Positions 59,601-64,000 of a stretch of DNA of 64,000 nt are shown piece by piece. The notes below the pieces were generated by a model. That model saw only the letters and a program-made list of their open reading frames with translations. It had not been told where the DNA came from and made no database searches. This DNA comes from Thecamonas trahens ATCC 50062 (lineage: Eukaryota > Protista > Apusomonadida): assembly GCF_000142905.1 (NCBI RefSeq), contig NW_013657669.1, positions 124,001 through 188,000 on the forward strand, read 5' to 3'. Each line of letters begins with the position of its first letter. Position 1 is the first letter of the stretch. The translations under genes were made by a program, and so were the position numbers.

Positions 59601-60661
59601 ATGAGCTGGCGTCGATTAGCGTCTCGCTGGCCGGCCGCGGGTGCAGGGCGTGGGTCGACTTGGCCAGGATGTCGCGGACAGCGTTGATGTCGTTGCGGGC
59701 GACGGCGCCGACCAGGATAAAGGTCGACTGGTCGATCGAGTGGTCAGTGGCGTCGCGGAACGCTGTCCGCGCCGCCGCCGTCTGCGGGGTCAGAAGATCG
59801 GTCCGCAGCGCGTCACTCGCCCGCGGTGAGTACACAGCATTGGCCTTTTCGATGTCGACCTCGATGGAAAGCGCCTTGAACGAGCGCTTGACGGCCCGCT
59901 CCGTCGCCGGCAGGATGGCGTTGAACCGCTCGATGTTGGACTTTGGCTTGGCCGTACCACACATTTGGCAGCTGGCCTCTTGAGAGAATGGGTTGAGGAA
60001 GGTGCACGCCGCGCACTGCCATCCAATGCCTGGCCGAACTGTGTTGCATGCCTCGCACGACGAGGGATTGTTTGTGTTGACCAGCGTGCAACTCGGGCAG
60101 GTCCACTCGACACCCTGCAGTACGAACCATTCGAAAACCGAAGCATTGGGGTTGACAAGGAGAGGGTTTTGGGGGGGGGGGGGGGGAGGGGGAGGGAGGA
60201 CGAGAGAGACGNNNNNNNNNNNNNNNNNNNNNNNNNNNNNNNNNNNNNNNNNNNNNNNNNNNNNNNNNNNNNNNNNNNNNNNNNNNNNNNNNNNNNNNNN
60301 NNNNNNNNNNNNNNNNNNNNNNNNNNNNNNNNNNNNNNNNNNNNNNNNNNNNNNNNNNNNNNNNNNNNNNNNNNNNNNNNNNNNNNNNNNNNNNNNNNNN
60401 NNNNNNNNNNNNNNNNNNNNNNNNNNNNNNNNNNNNNNNNNNNNNNNNNNNNNNNNNNNNNNNNNNNNNNNNNNNNNNNNNNNNNNNNNNNNNNNNNNNA
60501 GGGGGGAAGGGGTACCAGAAGAGCAAGGCATGTTACTGGCGTACCTCTTCACCATCACGAACAAAACCAAACGGAAGAGCATCTTCGCCTTGGCCGCCAC
60601 TGGCACCACCATCTTGTTCAGCCGGCGTCCCGCGGGTGTAGGTGAAACCGGTAAAGTCCAT
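56695..60661 (-). CDS. RBR E3 ubiquitin ligase with two RanBP2/NZF fingers, a jelly-roll-like domain and ankyrin repeats; probable exons 60661-60545 and 60114-56695
   Basis: WTCPSCTLVN...CEAC, WQCAACTFLN...CQMC; YETFGPGSV; ankyrins GMTPLHHAA, GNTPLALAAKGGH, GDTVLHAAA; RING1 CAVC..., IBR CNVC...CTHC...CSVC, RING2 CPDPNC...KDERCCHLHCPCGYDYCFVC. The intron spans an assembly gap. Confidence 0.87.
60212..60499. other. Assembly gap
   Basis: Run of N. Confidence 0.99.
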
Positions 60662-60971
60662 GACCGGCTTGGTCTTTCGAGAGCAGTGGCACGCCGAATG
60701 GGGCAAAGACACTGCCCACTGCCCCACTGCCTACCGTGTGGGCTTGGATCGAACGGGGCGATCGAGTCGGTTTGAGCATGTGTGTGTTTGTGTGTTGAGT
60801 CTGGTAGTGATCACTGCATACGGCAGCCTCGCATTATGTCTATGTCTGGGCCAGCGGGTGATGCAGGAGGTACTTGGATGGGACCGGCACTGATGGCGAG
60901 TAATGGATGGCAGGTATTGGGGTAGTAGATGGGGAATGGTGGAGGGTGGGGTCGAGGTTGCTGGCGCAGGC

Positions 60972-61520
60972 TCAAGAAGGGTAGTCGGAAGACGGCGGTG
61001 GACAGCTGGAGGATGGCGGCGGGTCCGAGGACGAGGCGGCGGCTTGGCGATCGGCGCGCAGCGGAGCCATGTCCGGATCGCGGACCACAAGGGTGGGATC
61101 AGCGAGGCCGTCGGCAAAGCGAGAGGCGATGGACTGAAAGTCCTTGCGGATGTAGGCGGTGACGTGGTGGGACCAGGGATGATCGCAGTTGCAGACAAAG
61201 GGCGAGAAGAACTTGACGCACGAGCACCGTGGCTTGGTGCACTTGTACGGCGGTCTGTTTGTGTGATCGGTGTGCTTGTGCTTGCACGAGCACACAGTCT
61301 TCCACGCGCCGGACGAGACGAGGTAGCGGAACTGCTTGCAATCGCATCGCGATGACGAGCAGCCAAAGTCGCGCGCTGTCTCGCCGCGCCCGCGCTTCCC
61401 GTGGTCCCGCAGTCGATGGTTGCACATGCAGTTGGACGACGGGCCGATGGGGATGCACTCGGCCTCGCACGTCTTGCACTTCCACGCCAGACACAGTTTG
61501 CTCACCGTATCACTCGCCAT
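60972..61520 (-). CDS. FAM221-like Cys/His-rich protein
   Basis: CIPIGPSSNCMCNHRLRDH, CDCKQFRY, WKTVCSCKHKHTDH, CSCVKFFSPFVCNCDHPWSHH match the FAM221 pattern. Confidence 0.78.
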   Translation of the reverse strand: MASDTVSKLCLAWKCKTCEAECIPIGPSSNCMCNHRLRDHGKRGRGETARDFGCSSSRCDCKQFRYLVSSGAWKTVCSCKHKHTDHTNRPPYKCTKPRCSCVKFFSPFVCNCDHPWSHHVTAYIRKDFQSIASRFADGLADPTLVVRDPDMAPLRADRQAAASSSDPPPSSSCPPPSSDYPS

Positions 61521-61764
61521 GGTCGCTCGCTCGGTTGCTGGTGAGGTGTCTCACCCTCCGCGCTCCCGTCGCCCTTCTCCATCTCCATCTCGGTCGTCCT
61601 TTGGCGCCAAAGCGCCGCTGCTGCCCAACCGGGTCGACACATGACTTCATCCGCATGATAGACGTCATGCATAGATGGAGAGAGCGTGAGCGTGTTGATC
61701 GGAGGTAATGGGCTAGATCACGACACAATTCGGCTGAGCATCACGGATGACCATGGCGATACGT

Positions 61765-61866
61765 ACGAGCACGATTGCGATCGCCATGACGATCATGATC
61801 ACGGTCGCAATCGCGATCACGATTGCGATCGCCATGACGATCAGGTCCACGATCACGATCACGACC
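61765..61866. repeat. Imperfect (cgatca/cgattg) hexamer-based repeat between divergent genes
   Basis: cacgattgcgatcgccatgacgatca occurs twice, plus cgatca runs. Confidence 0.75.
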
Positions 61867-61968
61867 ACTCCCCTCCCGTTCCCCCCCTGCCCGTCTACAC
61901 AGACCAGCCCACGCCACCACCTCTCCCTCTCTCCCTCCCTCCTCGTCCATCTCCATACAGGGAACGGC

Positions 61969-62856
61969 ATGTTGGACAGACATCCACCGAGTCGGACGCT
62001 GTGGGTCAGGGGCTTTCCGGAGAACATGCCTCAGCCGCAGCTGGAGGCGTACATGGCCTCGCAGGGAGCGGTGGCCACCCGGGTCATGCGGCGCAAGGGC
62101 CCGCTCAAACACACCGCCTTTGTCGACTTTGCTTCGGTGGCTGACGCAGAGCTCGCTGCTGCTCGCATGCATGGGGCTCTGGTCATTGGCTCTCCGCTTG
62201 CTGTTGAGTTTGCCAAGCCAAAGACAGCGGCGGGCAAGGCGGCGGGCAAGGCGGCGGGCAAGGCGGCGAGCAAGGCGGCGAGCAAGGAGGCGGGCAAGGC
62301 AAAGGCCAGAGAGTCGACGGGTACAGAGAGCGTAGGCGCAGAGGGGGTGGGCGTCCAGGCTATGGCAGTACAAGCGGGACCGGGATCAGGACTGCGATCA
62401 GAACCACATGTAGGATCAGGACCGGGACAGGGCCAGACTGCAGTCTCTCGCCCGCTGCACATCACTGCTGACGATGTAGCTGCGGGCGAGGGACAGCCCA
62501 TTGCGGGATACGCACCATATCCGGTCCCTCCGCTCAACAAGGCCATCCAGCGGTCGATCAACCGCTGGCTGGTTGAGAGCCCTGTCTTCTATGCCCAAGT
62601 CGTCCACCTCCTCAACACCATGGGCTTGCCGTACGACACGACACCAACTGCCGCCGAAATGCGCACCATCACCAAGCGTGTCCGCAAGCGCAAGCGCAAG
62701 CGCGATGCACCCACCGCTGCAGCTGCCTCCCCCGCCGAGGCCCCCCCGCCGCCACTCGCCCCCCCACCCCCTACCGCACAGCCTCCTTCCCTCACCTCCT
62801 CCTCCCATCCCCCCGCCGATAACCAACTACCCTCCAAGCGGCAGCATAGACTCTAA
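61969..62856 (+). CDS. RNPC3 (U11/U12-65K)-like RRM protein, lacking the C-terminal RRM
   Basis: RTLWVRGFP...RVMRRKGPLKHTAFVDF...LAVEFAK resembles the RNPC3 N-RRM; YPVPP...FYAQVVHLLNTMGLP resembles the RNPC3 motif FYVQVLHLMNKMNLP; Pro-rich tail then stop. Confidence 0.78.
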   Translation: MLDRHPPSRTLWVRGFPENMPQPQLEAYMASQGAVATRVMRRKGPLKHTAFVDFASVADAELAAARMHGALVIGSPLAVEFAKPKTAAGKAAGKAAGKAASKAASKEAGKAKARESTGTESVGAEGVGVQAMAVQAGPGSGLRSEPHVGSGPGQGQTAVSRPLHITADDVAAGEGQPIAGYAPYPVPPLNKAIQRSINRWLVESPVFYAQVVHLLNTMGLPYDTTPTAAEMRTITKRVRKRKRKRDAPTAAAASPAEAPPPPLAPPPPTAQPPSLTSSSHPPADNQLPSKRQHRL

Positions 62857-63073
62857 TGAACGCCTTCTCCCTCCTATTTGTCTCCGATCCCGCGTCGTCG
62901 TCCTTCGGCCTCGTCACCGCGCCAGCCGCCGTCCGTCAGTTGGTCCACCGCTCGCCGCTCCCGCACACACCCACACAGTCACAGCCATAGCCACCTCACC
63001 CGCCCTTTGCTGGGTAGACACCCACCGTCCCTCTCTGTTTCCACCCCTCCACCCCTCTTCCCCACCACCACTC

Positions 63074-64000
63074 ATGGACGCAGGTCCGTCAGACGTGGCC
63101 ATGCTCACACATGAGCCGCTGGACCCGTACGTGGCGTCGCAGTTGGGGCGGACGACCCCACCCGAGTTCCACTTTGAGCACATGACGCCGGCGACACGGA
63201 TGCTGCAGAAGCGGAAAGAAGTGCTGGAGGTGCAGCATGCGCTGGATCTGGAAAAGGCAACCTTTGCCCAGGTCATGTCCAAGGTCGAGGAGAAGGCTGC
63301 GGTGCTGGAGCAGACCAAGGAGAAGCTGCTGATGACACGGCAGAACTATGACGGCATCATCATGTCGCAGGACAAGGCGTACGAGGACTGCGTGGCAAAC
63401 ATCGAGCGGTGCAACGCGCTGCTGGAAAAGTACGATTTGGAGCTGAGGGCAAAGTCGCGGACACTCAAGGATCTCTCCAAACGTCTCGCCAAGCGCAAGC
63501 TCACTGCTGAGCGGCTGCGGGCGTATCCCGAGTTCCTCTCCAAACTCCCGCGCGACGACTACGACTTTAAGGAAGAGTCGGACATCACAGAGCGGTACAA
63601 CACGCTCGACTCGACAAAGGTTGCCCTGGTTGAGCAGACAAAGCGCTGGACAAAGAAGCACTCGTCCGAGTCGCGCGCCATCAAGGCCGCCATCGAGTCG
63701 CAGCGCAACGAAATCGTCAAGATGTGGACCCAGATTAACCGCAAACGCAAAGAGCTGGAGGAGCTGCGCGACGAGACAAAGCGCCTCGAGGCAGACTTTG
63801 ACCTCATGCTTGCCCGCTCCACAGACGAGACCCGTGAGCTCGGCGTCATCCTCATGGCCACCGCAAACCTGTACGACACAGTTGCAAAGCGCCCATATCT
63901 CACAGAGTCGGCCGGCGCCAAGGCGGACGTCTCGTCCAAGGCCCTGCTTCAGCTCGAGGCTATCGAGCAGCGGTATCTCGACCTCAAGACCATCTGCAAC
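63074..64000 (+). CDS. CFAP73/CCDC42-like (DUF4200) flagellar coiled-coil protein, runs off the window end
   Basis: Open frame from the ATG at 63074 to the end of the window; MTPATRMLQKRKEVLEVQHAL resembles the family motif SPATRLLEKRRE; long coiled coil. Absent from the ORF track because there is no stop. Confidence 0.75.
   Translation, partial: MDAGPSDVAMLTHEPLDPYVASQLGRTTPPEFHFEHMTPATRMLQKRKEVLEVQHALDLEKATFAQVMSKVEEKAAVLEQTKEKLLMTRQNYDGIIMSQDKAYEDCVANIERCNALLEKYDLELRAKSRTLKDLSKRLAKRKLTAERLRAYPEFLSKLPRDDYDFKEESDITERYNTLDSTKVALVEQTKRWTKKHSSESRAIKAAIESQRNEIVKMWTQINRKRKELEELRDETKRLEADFDLMLARSTDETRELGVILMATANLYDTVAKRPYLTESAGAKADVSSKALLQLEAIEQRYLDLKTICN

Noticed and set aside
61765-61866. Repeats as a possible CRISPR array or His/Asp-rich peptide
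   Set aside because: Degenerate hexamer microsatellite with no repeat-spacer structure, in a eukaryotic context.

Overview
Gene-dense, GC-rich eukaryotic nuclear DNA from a draft assembly with three N-gaps. About 28 protein-coding genes, few introns (all GT-AG) and very short intergenic spacers. The gene content (flagellar CFAP73/CCDC42-like, FAM221-like and PIH1; MICU1, APC7, PDE9-like, RNPC3-like) points to a flagellated protist near opisthokonts; an apusomonad such as Thecamonas is my inference, not a database result. Recognisable housekeeping genes: MICU1, TUTase, DHDDS, Yar1-like ankyrin, PP2C, TBP, ALAD, sorting nexin, P4-ATPase, MARK/KA1 kinase, FAD2-type desaturase, DEAD-box helicase, ARF1, APC7, ADAT1. 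Most notable: (1) an intronless PD-(D/E)XK nuclease + degenerate RNase-H-like + SF1 helicase fusion with a prokaryote-like TM0106/Dna2 architecture; (2) a class I PDE9-like enzyme fused to a cNMP-binding domain; (3) a pseudo-kinesin-3 with FHA, C2-like, coiled coil and CaaX; (4) an NZF-ankyrin-RBR ligase; (5) a minor-spliceosome 65K-like protein lacking its C-terminal RRM; (6) a Dsn1-like kinetochore candidate; (7) introns with purine-rich 3' ends; (8) five -1 frameshifts that are most likely homopolymer sequencing errors. All family calls come from motif recognition by eye. No rRNA, tRNA, CRISPR array or intact transposon was seen.
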